A stretch of DNA of 64,000 nt from Podarcis cretensis (Eukaryota): the NCBI GenBank assembly GCA_951804945.1, contig OX638153.1, positions 62,000,001-62,064,000 on the forward strand. Direction: 5' to 3'. A program made the translations under genes and the position numbers. The notes under the pieces were generated by a model that worked only from the letters and a program-made list of their open reading frames with translations, searched no databases and was not told the DNA's origin. Below, piece after piece: positions 1-12,600 of this stretch. Position 1 is the first letter of the stretch. Each line of letters starts with the position of its first letter.

Positions 1-1899
1 CTGCATTAAGTTACCATTAAGCAAATCTTTAACACAGGCAGTACACTATAGATGGGCGTGCACAGACAACCATTTGCCTAGATTGTGCATATGAGCAACA
101 GTAAGCTGCACTGTCCTCTCAAATGGTAAGGAGAAACTTGTCATTCCCATTTCCACGGATTTCAGGGGCAGAAATACAGTACAATTCCAACCAACGCCAT
201 CATTGGACAAGACAATACAAAGTGTTCCAAGTGGCTACATGTACACTGGGGTTTTATATAATCTATACCCCAATTTTCTACATTAATGTGTACTCAAAGC
301 AGCTTTTACAAGTTTTGCTTGAGAAAATGTTAAGTGACAAAACAATGCACTTAAAAAAGCCTCATTATGCTTAAATTATTGAAAGGCAAATGGTAATCTG
401 AAACCATTATACCTTGCCTCCCAAGTGATTTTATTCCCATTGTGGTAAATTACCACTGATTGACTCCAGACCAACGTACACCATCAGCAAACAAAATCAC
501 CACATACCAATCCTTTCTAAAATGTCAATGAATGTGACACAGACCATTCTTTTCTTCTTTTTACAGCAAAGTGATACTTCTGAAAAAGTTATTAATATAT
601 TGTGATACCATTCCATCATGTCAGAGGCTGTGCATGTGTGTGAGCAATAGCAATCCTACAAAATTGCTGAGTTCAATTCCTCAATGTTGGAGACCTAGGA
701 GGGAATCGCCTGCAATACAACTATGTGTAAAGCTCAGCTCAGCATTTTAAGGCACTTACATAAGCAGCTGACCATATTTGGTTGGTTTTAACCATGTCAC
801 TGTAGATACCCTGAAAGGAAGGGTTGCTCTGGGTGTTTAAAATCTGCTCAAATCCCATGAGAAGCTGCTCACACAAACAACTTACTACATGTCCATGCAT
901 TTACATTACAGGATGCTTTATGTACGAAAAAGGTCTTGAAATAAGGCACATTTGTGTTCTTACCTATAATCTCCCAGCCTACTGTGAAGTTTTACTAGAA
1001 TAAATTTGATTTAGCATGAATTTTAAATTCTTCTACAGCCCAAAATTATTCCTATCCAAGTAAACAAAATGTGGCTACTAGAGCAGGGCCCTGTTCTTAG
1101 GTATGGTACAAAATAAGCTACACTTCAATGGTTTTCTAAGAAATAGATGACCAAGACAGATGTTCAGTTGTAAACTTATAAATATTGGAGGGGAAGAGAA
1201 GAAAAATATACAGGTGAGAAATCTAAAATGTTTTATAGGAAGCCTGACACTTAGGGGTTGATCAATTTCATTTGGGTCACTGATCATTTCCTTCACCCCA
1301 TCATCATATTTCAGTGTAATTATTTTGAAAACACAAAAGAAGCAATGAAAACTATTCTTGGAAAAATGTGAAACAAGCTGCCTATGTCTATATTTAAGAG
1401 CCACACAAAATCCCCTCTGTCCCTAAAGGCCAGTGTATTCTCGGCTTGGGTTACAGAACCATTGCTTTGGTTTGCAAAAAAAATAAAAAATGTTGGGGTT
1501 GGTATAGCACTTGCTGTTTTGTTCACAGTGGGCTTATTAATGTTTTTTTTTTACATGTTTACAGCTTAAAAAAGAACTAGCCATGCTTAGTCCTCTTGCA
1601 TAAACAACACAAGAACATGAATGGGTATGTGTCCGCAGATGAAAGAAGGGAAGAGTGAAGATTTGTCGAACATTTCCAATCTCAACTTAACTGATGTTTA
1701 TTTTCACCTCTAAAATTATCAAGTAGCAAAACCACCAACATTCCTCCAGGGGTATGAAATAAAGCAGCTGCTGTCCCTTCATGTCCTGTGTACTTGATTG
1801 TTACTTGATGGAACAGGCACTGGTAGAGTTCCAGGTCAAGTTTAGCACCGGAAAGGATTGCCAAAGCTGGCTTTGACAAAAGCAAACAATGTGTGCTCA

Positions 1900-3538
1900 G
1901 GTATTAATACAACCAGGTTTTATTTAAGTTCTCTCTTCTTTTTTATTACCCCCATACTAGCAAGAGTTCCGAGGGAATTTAAAGTTCTGTAAACATTAAC
2001 TACCCCCTTCCCCCCTTTGTAAGTTTACAAAGCAAAGGAGATCAGGAGACCAGATCTGTGACAGCACCTAGCCTCACTGAGCTACCAGATCCAAAAACTA
2101 TATACAAATCTGCAGCTGTCTCTGTAAGAGTTACTGTACACGTTGGGGGTGGGGGAGAGGGGTAAGAGAGAAGAAAATCAAAAGAAATAAAATCTAAATT
2201 AATCTGCTCTGGAGCAACTTCAGTTGTCGTCTTCAGGCGATGATGGCAGACCAAGGTCTTCATACAGCAGCGCAACTTCCGTGGGCACATTGCAGCCCTG
2301 TGCAAGTGGGAGCGTGGAGGGTGGGGGTTTAGAACTAAGTGCAATGGCCACTTCAGACTTTTTAACATTCTGGGGTAAGGAATGGAGAAGGTGGATTACA
2401 TAAATATATAAGCACAATGGATTGGAAGTAATGGGAGAGTGTACTATATAGTAAAAACCAGCACACCTCGCTTTATCCCCCTCCATGTGATATTTATAAA
2501 GAGACTCTGCCAATGCTCAGATTCCTTGCCTCATTTATTTCACTTTCAAGACGACAGCTCCCTGTTCCTTGGCGTTAATGCTGCTGCAGAACTTACAAAA
2601 CTCTGAACCACCATCACGTGTGACCAGATGAAATCTGGCTCGGTTTCAGGTTCCAAAGGTAGTGTCAACTCCCACAAAAAACCAACTGGTGAAGATACAT
2701 ATGGTAAATATCCTATGCGTCTCTGAAACGAGACAAATTCACAGCAGAAGGGTCCAAAATAACTGGCCCAATCACTTTGGAGGAAGTATAATTAAAGGAG
2801 AAAATCAGCCTGAAGGGAAAGATGTGTGCCTCCTCCCCACAATTTGAGTCCCCAATTGTTCAGGAAGGCTGGAGTGTGCTGAAGCATGAACTCCAGCATC
2901 TTTGACATCACTACCCAATGAAGACAGACTTGAACTCCTCCAAATTCAATGTGCTGAAGAAGGCCTGGCAGGGATGTGCATTGCCAAACCAATCCAAGCT
3001 GAATGCTGCCCACCACCACCATTCCCTGCTGTTGCCAGTTCTACAGTTATGAATGCACTTCCTGGTTCGGAAGGCATCTTTTGCCCTGATGGAGCATGGA
3101 AGTCAGTATCTGCGTGGCATTTTGGTTCTGAATTACATCTGTTAACCATGAGCTCTCCACTATGATTGCACCAGTTAAATGTGACGAGAATGACAAGAGA
3201 AGGAAAGGAAGCTACCATATGTAGACCTCCAAATGGCTTTACAAATAGCTTGGGAGAAGAAATCACAGCACCGTGATTTGCACTCGGCCTCATATATAAA
3301 TCTTCTTTCCCACCTATCCAGAAGAGAGAACCAGAGGCTGATAAAAATGAAGGTGGTTGTGCAATCCTGGGCAGAAAAGGGCTTGGTTGAGGCTAGAAAT
3401 AGCAGCCTGAGATGATTTGATTCTGTGATCCATTTGCAAGGCAAAGATGACTGCTGCAGCAGATAGAAAAGACTCTGTCCAGCAGTGGAGAATGCATGGT
3501 TAACAGGACACAGGAAAAGCCAGGCGAGTTGCATATAC
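1900..3538 (-). other. GIGYF2: GIGYF2 3'UTR (to the proximal poly(A) site)
   Basis: Sequence with no recognisable repeats downstream of the stop; tandem AATAAA near 1919-1947. The UTR may extend further. Confidence 0.6.
1919..1947 (-). terminator. Tandem polyadenylation signals (AATAAA x2) for GIGYF2
   Basis: Minus-strand AATAAA at 1947-1942 and 1924-1919, followed by a U/GU-rich downstream element (attgtttgcttttgt). Confidence 0.6.
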
Positions 3539-3606
3539 TCAGTAGTCATCCAAAGTCTCTATTTCTCCCATGTTGAGCCGCTCTGAAGAGGCATTGACAG
3601 AGAAAC
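3539..3606 (-). CDS. GIGYF2: GIGYF2 last coding exon ([21 protein letters not shown])
   Basis: 68 nt, gcag| acceptor, TGA at 3541-3539. Confidence 0.95.
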
Positions 3607-6600
3607 CTGCAAAACAAGACAGACAGATTTCTTAGTGCACAGATGTGTACAGCTTATTCCCAGATCTTACATGTCTTCATAAAGTAATCCATATATATTA
3701 AAGACAATATTGAAGGCAGCACCTGCCATCAATCCAGCTATTTTTTCTAGTGCTTTCAGCTCCTGCTTTAAGGATATTTACACAATAAAAGCATGAGTGA
3801 GTAATCTTCCCAATAAACCCCCAAGTTATACACAAATATTGAAGAAATTTTCATCTTTTATAAATCTGCTAATCATTTCCTAGCAATTTGAGAAACAAGA
3901 GAGAAACGAGCAAAGGGGAGGGCTAGTAATCAAGACTAAAATAGACTGACAGGCACGCACAAAACCTCAGCGCTTATTAGCCTGTCTTCCCCCCACATAT
4001 CTGAGTGTGAATGGAACTAACTAATGATGGGGCAAGCAGAGGTAAGAGCTGGAGTGGTGATGTCCAGGCAACACCTAAATCTGGCTACAGCTCCAAGAGG
4101 GGAAGAAAGCACCCAGCAGCCATCCCTGATTCTGGAATCTTAGCTTCTATTTTCCCCTTCTGACTCTTGCCCCATTTATTTAATGTACCACAAAACTTGC
4201 CTAACAAGCTGGGATCTGCTCGAACCATTTTTTGCTTCTTCTTCTTTTTACCACTCTGCACTGCCTCAAAGTTGGATTGCTGGTTGTTGCTCTGATTAGT
4301 CTGAAAGACCGAATGCAGTGAACTGTGGTTCATCCCCCACACGGAATCCTGGAACACAAATAAATAACGTATTACAAGCTGGAATCATGCCTTGTGCACT
4401 CAGTAAGAGTAGAAAAATAACAATGATCCACTGTCCCAATCATAGGCAGTAGACCAGTAACATTTCTGTTTAGCACACTTGCTGATATCTCTGTTAATTA
4501 CCTGAACACACCCTCACTCTCATACGTTACTTACAGAAGATTTTAAGGTCAGCTGCACATACAACACAATAGCTGTCTAATAAGCAAGGGGTGAAAATCT
4601 TCTCTCTATGAAGGGCCTTGTCACAAGCCCCTTGGAGATGTCTTGGAGGGAGTGGTCTGATGGGGAATGGAAAGAGATTGGGAATTTGGTGCAGTCTGAC
4701 CCTGGGGGTGGACCCAGAGGATTGAGAAGTGGTGCTGAGGACCCAGGAGATCCAAGTGGGTTGGCAGGAGAACACCCCACTTCAGTGCCACTGGACAACC
4801 CAATGTAGAGTCTTGGCTGGTTGATGAGGGCTCTGGCACCACTGAAGAGTCATCCCTTTCAGGGGCAGTGCAGAGCAACATATTTGATGGTGAATTGGCT
4901 CAATCATCTCTGTTTCCATAAACCAAGAACATGGAGACAACTGTGCTGGCACAAACAGACTTCACACGTTCAGCCCACTTGGAGGATTGCTTGCTTGCAT
5001 GCCCATTCCCAGCCTTGGTACATTGATCACACAAATGAAGGTACCTGTCCTGCTCTTCAGAAGGAGAGTTCAGGGGCATCTCAGTTGTTGGGTCTTAGTT
5101 TAAGTCTAACCATGTGTCTAGAACTCTGCTGTGCTTCCTGCCTTTACAACTTATGTTTGGACACTGTATTGAAGTTTGGAATAAAGCCTTTAATTCCAAC
5201 AACCAAGTGGAGTTTCAGCATTGCATCTCTCTCTCTCTGCTATGCCACCTCACCCCTCACTCCATCCCATTCCACGTTCCCTGCACCGCCCTCCCTGCCC
5301 TATGCTACACTCGTTTACTAGGCAGTAAGTTTAATTGACCATAAGGGGACTTGCTTTCAAATAAATATGCTTAGGACTGCATTGTATATAAACATTAAGG
5401 CCACAATCCTAGGCAAGTAAGCTTGTCTAGGAATGCACTGTCATAGGGATAGAGTTTTTGTAGTGATGATTAGATAGTTGTTGTTTCTGAGGTGGTTGCC
5501 TAACATTTTGAAGTGGCCATCTGGAGCATCTGTCTGCCCTGAGAGACTGAATTTAGGTTTCACTGGAGGGATCCAAAAAGAAGAGCTAATAGCTTCTTAG
5601 CAGCCTTTTTTGTCATTCAGCCAGTGCCACTTGTTTTTCTCAGGAACACTTGAGGGCAGCTTACCTCAGCCAAACAACATGCCCCCTCCCCCGCAAATTT
5701 TTGCCCAGCCTACCATGCCTAGGGAAAATCCTGCCATTTCTGGAGTTTCCCCCAACTCAGTGATCTCTCTCTCCCACCCCCCCCCGGCATCCCTTGCTTT
5801 GAATCATGCTTCCAGCCAGGTACTCAGAATAGCTCCCTTCATCAGAATTCCTGGGATTCTAAAATTCAGGTCAGAACATGGGAGGGACTGGAAGAAAAAA
5901 TCTATTCAGTTAAGTTGCAGTGAGAGAGAAAAGAGCATGTGAGAAAGAGACAACAGTCACAGTGATAGTACACATGGCAATCTTTCAACAGGAGTGCCCA
6001 CAGCATTTCATGGAAGGGTATTTTGTATTTTAGGATGCATCCAGTCTATGAGCCAGGAGTTCCCTGCCCCAGTTGTAAACCATTCCATAGTCAAGCTTGT
6101 CCTCGTTTCAAAACAGATTGCTAAACTCTACATCAACCAGAGAGACAGATGTGTTTTCTCCAGTAATCACAGAAATTTGCTTGCAAATATTCTCCAAAGA
6201 CAGAAGCACGAACCTGTTGCTGCCGCTGTTGGTTGGCTTTTTGTTTGGCACGGCGCTCAAGAAACTGCTTGGCAAATTCCTTGGCTTCAGGGGTATCTCC
6301 AAGGTAGGCTCTGATGTAATCATGGACCTCGTATGGAGATTCTACTTCCTTCAAGAAGGACACAAACGTGGGAACTGCAGCCGGAAAGGAAGACAAATCA
6401 CGAGATACTTACAAAGCCTATAGGTGCATAAGCAAAAAAATAAAATAAAAATCCAGAGCTTTTCAATATCATACATTTCCTTACAAACTTTATGTAATAC
6501 AGTATTATCTTTACCTGCAAGAAAACAGAGAGCCCTTTCTCCTTATTCACTGAGATATGGGATGAATTAATTTCCTCACTAAGACAACAGTCTCTGCTGG

Positions 6601-9600
6601 ATTCCTAATGATCACTTCCTATTTAATCTAACTTTTTAGCAATGGTGTATGCCTTATGGTACAATTTAACAGGAAATAAAATATTAACTGTAGCATCAGC
6701 CCTGATCTGTGTAAAATCAGGACTTTTAAATTCCCAAGAATACTGGGGATACCAAACCTTTTGCAATTTCCCCATCTTCCTTAATGCTTCTAAATACAAT
6801 TTTGGACAATGTGCAGTAATGCATCACATGATAATGTGCAGCTATGATGCAGTTTCTCAGTATGTTAGACTGAAACTTTCACACTCCTTTTTCACTGCTT
6901 ACCATCCAAGTTGTTGGCTGTGTTGAGTGCATGAAGCATTTGTTCACACCATTGAGTGAATCCATCCTGGGCTTTATTAACCCCCTGGAACAGCTTTAAC
7001 AACTTTTCTTCTTCTTCCACCTTCTTATTCTGCCTGCTTGTAACACCTATAGATTTACTAAGACAGGTAAAAAGGCAGTGTGTGAGGAAGAGACACAGGT
7101 TATCAGGAAAAAACATGCAAAGTATACAAGACTAGAAAATTCAAGCAGCTTCACAAACATTTCTGCCTTCTGTCAAAATCACAAATATGAAAGTATACTG
7201 AAATGGGAGCTAACAGAAAACAGAAGGAATGGAACCAGAAGAGATCCTGGCTGCACTGATACAGCACACTGCAGGGTTGGTGGAAAGGTTCCATCCACAA
7301 GACTCCAGAGGTTTTGGATGACAATTCCCATCTGTCCCTGTCAGCAAGGCCAATGGTCAGGGATGGTATAGCCAAGACATCTGGAGGGCACAAGGTTGGC
7401 AAAGGCTACAGCAGAATGATTTAGAGACCCTGCAACAGGCCTGAGCCTCTACAATGAATTGAAGGGAAGCTCACTGCATCCCAGTTCCTACCTGATGCTA
7501 GCATTGCTCTTGTTTTTATTGGTTGCATTACGAGGTCCAACTTCTTTGACTGCATCGTCCCAGAATCCCATGTTTGAGTTTTTTGTATCGGCATTGCTCC
7601 AAATGCTGCTGACAAGGTCTGATGCCCACTGGCTGCTAGGATTCGTGTTTAGAGAGCCCCATACTGAATTGCCAATGCTGGTGTGTAGATTAGAATGTTG
7701 CTGGAACAACAGTAATGGAGATACTGTTTATTATCACCAACAGAGGAAAAGCGATACAAATAAAATTGACTTCAACAAGAGTATTATCATTATTATTATT
7801 ATTATTAGCTGTACTCACTGTAGTGCTGCTGCGGGACCTGCTTTGCTGTTGCTGGTGCTGCTGCTGTTGCTGTTGCTGCTTCTGCATCTGCCTTGCCTCC
7901 TCCTGCTGTATCTCCAAGAGGGATTTTGTAGTACCGGCAGGTTTGGCAACATTTCCCCAGCCAGACAGTTTTTGTTGCTGTTGCTGCTGTTGCTGTTGCT
8001 GCTGGAGGGCTTTCATTAGTTCACGCTGCTGACGCCTTTGCTGGAAAACAGTCAATGCAGGACATTCCAGTTCTTAAATGTATACTTGATTATCTTCTAC
8101 TGTTTTCCACACATTTTCCTCAAAGCTGGATAAATCTGAATAGGTACATGTTTCACTGAGGGTACTGAAATTTGCCTCAGACACACTGATCAAAGTCTCT
8201 GGTCTTGGAAAGTGCACTTGGACACAAATACTTTCATATTCTGCTTGTTTTCCAGTCAAGCAAACATTACTCATAGAACAAATTACTTTTCTACCCAGCC
8301 CCTCATTTTAAATTCCTAACGAAAACTAGATGGGCAATGAATCTAATTTTAGGCTTTACATTTAAAGAGAATCAGTAGAATTAGCATTTATATTAACTAC
8401 GATTCTATGTCTTTAACATTGTATCATTAAACCAGGCAAATCTGCAAAAAAAAGGGGGGGGAAGGCTAGCTTATGAAAATCTCTGCTCTTTCAGTCTTGG
8501 TAATCTAAGACTACGATAATATTTGGGCAATTATAACTTGGGTTTATTAAAATGAGACATGTGGAAGCTTTTTGCCTGCTTATGCTCTCCTTCTTCTCCC
8601 TTTGTAGCAGTTATACTCAGAAAATATTCAATTAAGCACAATTTCTACTTCATCACTGGGAAATCACAGTTACCAGGTTCAAAACCAACTAGGATTTTAA
8701 CAATGCTTTGAAGTTGGCTTCAGAGCCTGCCTTGTTCTAAAACTGGTAACTGTAGTTTCGCAGCTCAGATGATACAGGAAACTATGCTTAATTGGCAACT
8801 TCAAGGTTTAACTGCTGTGTTCCATGAAGGGAGGTGAGAATGAGCTGTGTAAAGCCTCCTAGGTATCTTGGGTTAAGCTTATTAAGTGTTTAGAAATTGT
8901 CACAGTGACTCCTAGCAGTGACAAGCCACAACTGCACACAAATGAGCAAGCCATAGGCTGTCTAAAGGCAGAAAGTAGCGGGAGGTCACCAGATGAATAT
9001 GTCTTTCACAATGGGTGAAAGAATATGTCTTTCATAACAGTGTAATGGCAAGGAAATTTGATTATTCTATTTCAGCAGCAACCTAAAGCCTCTTTTCCAA
9101 ACTATGAATTTTACCTCTTCTCGAAGCTGCCGCTCTCTCTCTTCTTCAAGCTTCTGGATTTCTGCTAATGATAACGTCGTTTGGGACTGACATGCCCTAG
9201 AATTTGATTGCTGACCCCATGTTGAAGAAGAAGGGAGCTGGGAGGAAAGACATACAAGAAACAGCACTTAAATTTTCTTAATGGAAAGAGATATATGCTG
9301 AATCAGCCACTCAAAAACATGCAAACAGTTGTTATTGTCTGCCACAAAAGCTGCTAATATACCACAATCTTTATTTTGTCTCCTTGTACTGTAGAACTGC
9401 AACCTTTTCCTGCCAGGTGTGTACCCAACCTCCAATTAATCTTTATAGTACCAACAATAGTCATAATTTCTACAGCAATATAATAGTAAAATTCAAGCAC
9501 CTGACTGTGCTGTGAATGAAATGGGAATTATTCAAAGGAAAGGAAATGAAGCAAAGAAAACAGCTGAGGGAAGAAGGCAGTAGTAGCATGGAGAAACAAT

Positions 9601-12600
9601 AAAAAATGCGTTTTAAAGAGTCTGATGCAGAGACCCATGCAATTCAACACCAACAACTTCAGCCTCCATTTTATACGGCTCATCCTCCCAGGACCTGTGT
9701 ACATGGTACTGACTTCATTTTATCTTCACACCTACCTGGTGAAACAGATTAGACTGGCCCAAGTTTATCCAGTGAGTTTCATGACAGTGTGATGATTTGA
9801 ATCCAGGTTTCTCTACTCCCCGTTTTACGCTCTAAATCAGGAGCGGAGAACCTTTTTACCCAATGAACCAGAACATTATTTTCCCCACCCCTGCTGGTCA
9901 ACTCTGGCAGCGGGACAAGGGGCACCCACCTTTAAATCATCCGGTGCCATTATGATGTCAAGTCACTGATAGCTGAGTTGTCTTCAATTCAGTGGACAAC
10001 CAGCAACACTCCTGCTAATGGTCTCAAGTGAATGAGCTGAGATATAAAAGTTCAGGCAGTTGCTAAGGTACCCCAGACCTAAGTTGTTTGGGGCTTGTAA
10101 ATTAACAAAAGGACCTTAAACCTGGCTCAGTAGTAGATGGGCAGCTAATGCAGATGTTTTAACAATGGTGTCACATGTTGTGGGCTATTTGCCCCCACCA
10201 ACAGTCTGGCCACTGCATTCTATACCAGCTGAAGCTTCTGGAGCATGACCAAGGGCAGTCCCACATAGAGAGCATTGCCGTACAGTGGTACCTTGGGTTA
10301 CATACGCTTCAGGTTACATACGCTTCAGGTTACAGACCCCATTAACCCAGAAATAGGTTAAGAACTTTGCTTCAGGATGAGAACAGAAATCGTGCTCCGG
10401 CGGCGCAGCAGCAGCAGCAGGAGGCTCCATAAGCTAAAGTGGTGCTTCAGGTTAAGAACAGTTTCAGGTTAAGAATGGACCTCCGGAACAAATTAAGTAC
10501 TTAACCCGAGGTACAACTATAATCCAGCCTCAGGAATGCAACATGGACTACAGTAGTCAGGCTATCCTTGGTGAAGGATAGTTCCAGGTAGCACTCTGGA
10601 AGGGTTTAGCTTAAAAATGAGGCATTACTCAGGACATGTGCACCTATATACATTTTTGGTAGGGTGGCAAGTTGCTCCTCATTCTCAGATCTATAGGTAT
10701 GGACAGGAATGCACACCCTGAGCAGGGCGAGGGGCAGGAATTATGATGTGTCAAGGAAATCTTAATTTTTCTGTAAATTAGAGAGATTTGCATATCTATG
10801 CTACTTTCATGTTTTAGTTATTATTTGTTATTAATTTCAACAACTTAAATATCACTTAGCACTGTAATTTCTAAGCAGTGTACAATGAGGTACACTGAGC
10901 AGTAAAGAGATAACCTGGACAAACTGGGATGTCACTGATTGAAGTTAGAGCTGCTCATCTCCTGCTTCTGGTGCCCAATTCCAAGAGTGTTAAAAGGCAG
11001 GTTCTAGCAATGGTCATGTAAATTTTAGCACAGCTAACAGAGAGCTTCTCTGCTGGCTTGGGCTGTGAGCTTAACTTGTGAGAGTGGGTTTATGGCAATG
11101 AGAAAAAGTAACATTACGAAGAATCAGTACCTTCATCTGTGCAAGTTGCTGCTGCTGTTGCTGCTGCTGCAATCGGCGCAAAGCCTCCTGCTGCTGCTGC
11201 CTCTGCCTCATAATTTCTTTCTGGCGTTGGAGTTCCAGCTCTTTACGTTTTCGTTCTTCCTCTTCATGCCTCTGTCGGGCTGCTTCTTCTTCCATGCGCA
11301 GCCGGTTTTCTTCTAGCTGACGCTTTGCCTCTGCTTCTTCACGTGCCCATTTGGCAGCCTCCTCTTCCTTCCCAGAACAGAAAAAATATGCAGAGTCTCT
11401 AAAGTGGACTAACCTAGATTAAAATGCTTCCTTTCTGTTTGTTTCAAGATACATAGGATTGCAAAGAATCCTTTGCTTCTAAGAATGCAACCTGTGCTAG
11501 AATACAACAATTTGATAAAATATAGCTTTAGAAAATGCCCCAGAGCAGCCATGAAAACTCCTTGTGTGACTTTGTTTCAGAATTCCAAAACTTTAAGACC
11601 ATTTTGAATTGGTAGAGTCTTAAACAAAATGAAAGCTCCCTCTGCATTGTTTGATCTAATAACGGCTCATTCACTTATGCATTATCACTTGATGTAGTCA
11701 ACAAGTGAGCATACATGTGCGAACCAGCCTCTGATTCTTGCAGGTCTTAATTGCAAAATATTTCCCTTCTTTTCACCTGTTTACGAAGCAACTCTTCTCG
11801 CTGTAGTCTTTCTTCCTCTTCTCTTCTCCTCTCTTCCAGTCTTCTAAGTGCTTCTTCTTGCTGTTGCCGTTCTTCCTCTTCCCGCTGCCGTCTTAGTGCA
11901 ATTTCTTGTTCCCTCTGCTGCCTTAGGGCTTCTTCCTGCACACAGAAATAAAAAGAATGAAATTAGCTAAAAGTGTGGATGTGCATTTAAATTCCTATTT
12001 ATGGTATGCTGGATAGTAAGGGTCCCCTGACCCGGCTGCTCTGATTCTGACCTGAAGCCAGAGGTCTTTTAAATGAAACAACAGCAGTTGGGAATGTGTA
12101 GGGACAGGGGCTGACTTCACTTTGGGGGCGCAAGTCAGCAGTGGGCAGGGTCATCCTCCTTTCTCTCTCTTTCTTTCTGCTCTCCAAATTAATACCCAAC
12201 CCAGAGATTACCCAAAATCAAATTTCCCCCTTCCTGAAATTATCACCCAGGTCCTCCCCAAATTAACATCCCACCCCAAGAATACTTCTGCCTTCCTGGA
12301 AGGCAAGACTGAGACTGCTGGTGATGTGTGTGCTTGCTCTGGAGGCTGTTAAGCCTAGAGCAGACACATGCTTGGTTGCTAAAGATAAACAGACAGAGTC
12401 CTTAACCAGTCCTTTCCCAGGTGTCTCCCCCGATTCACAAAAGTGTTCTAATACAAAAATACAATCTGCCTCCTGTTGTTGTAGGCAACTTAGAAGTAAT
12501 AGGGTCCCTTCAGGGGAAAAACAAGGTTTTGAGAAGCCTTGCCCTTGGCAGTAGCCAGGGGATGGTGCTGAAGAACGCAGAACCATGGAGTTGCTGCAAT

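Noticed and set aside
1-1900. Neighbouring SNORC/NGEF exons expected from mammalian synteny
   Set aside because: No matching coding sequence recognised in this window
2042-3549. Multiple 60-124 aa ORFs downstream of the GIGYF2 stop, or stop-codon readthrough
   Set aside because: No homology recognised; the stop context TGA-GTA is not the TGA-CTAG readthrough motif; consistent with 3'UTR
4821-5321. 166-aa plus-strand ORF
   Set aside because: No recognisable domain or splice structure; overlaps a possible degenerate LTR
7459-8032. Plus-strand poly-Cys and poly-Leu ORFs (7715..8032, 7459..8019)
   Set aside because: Antisense shadows of the GIGYF2 CAG/CAA polyQ exons
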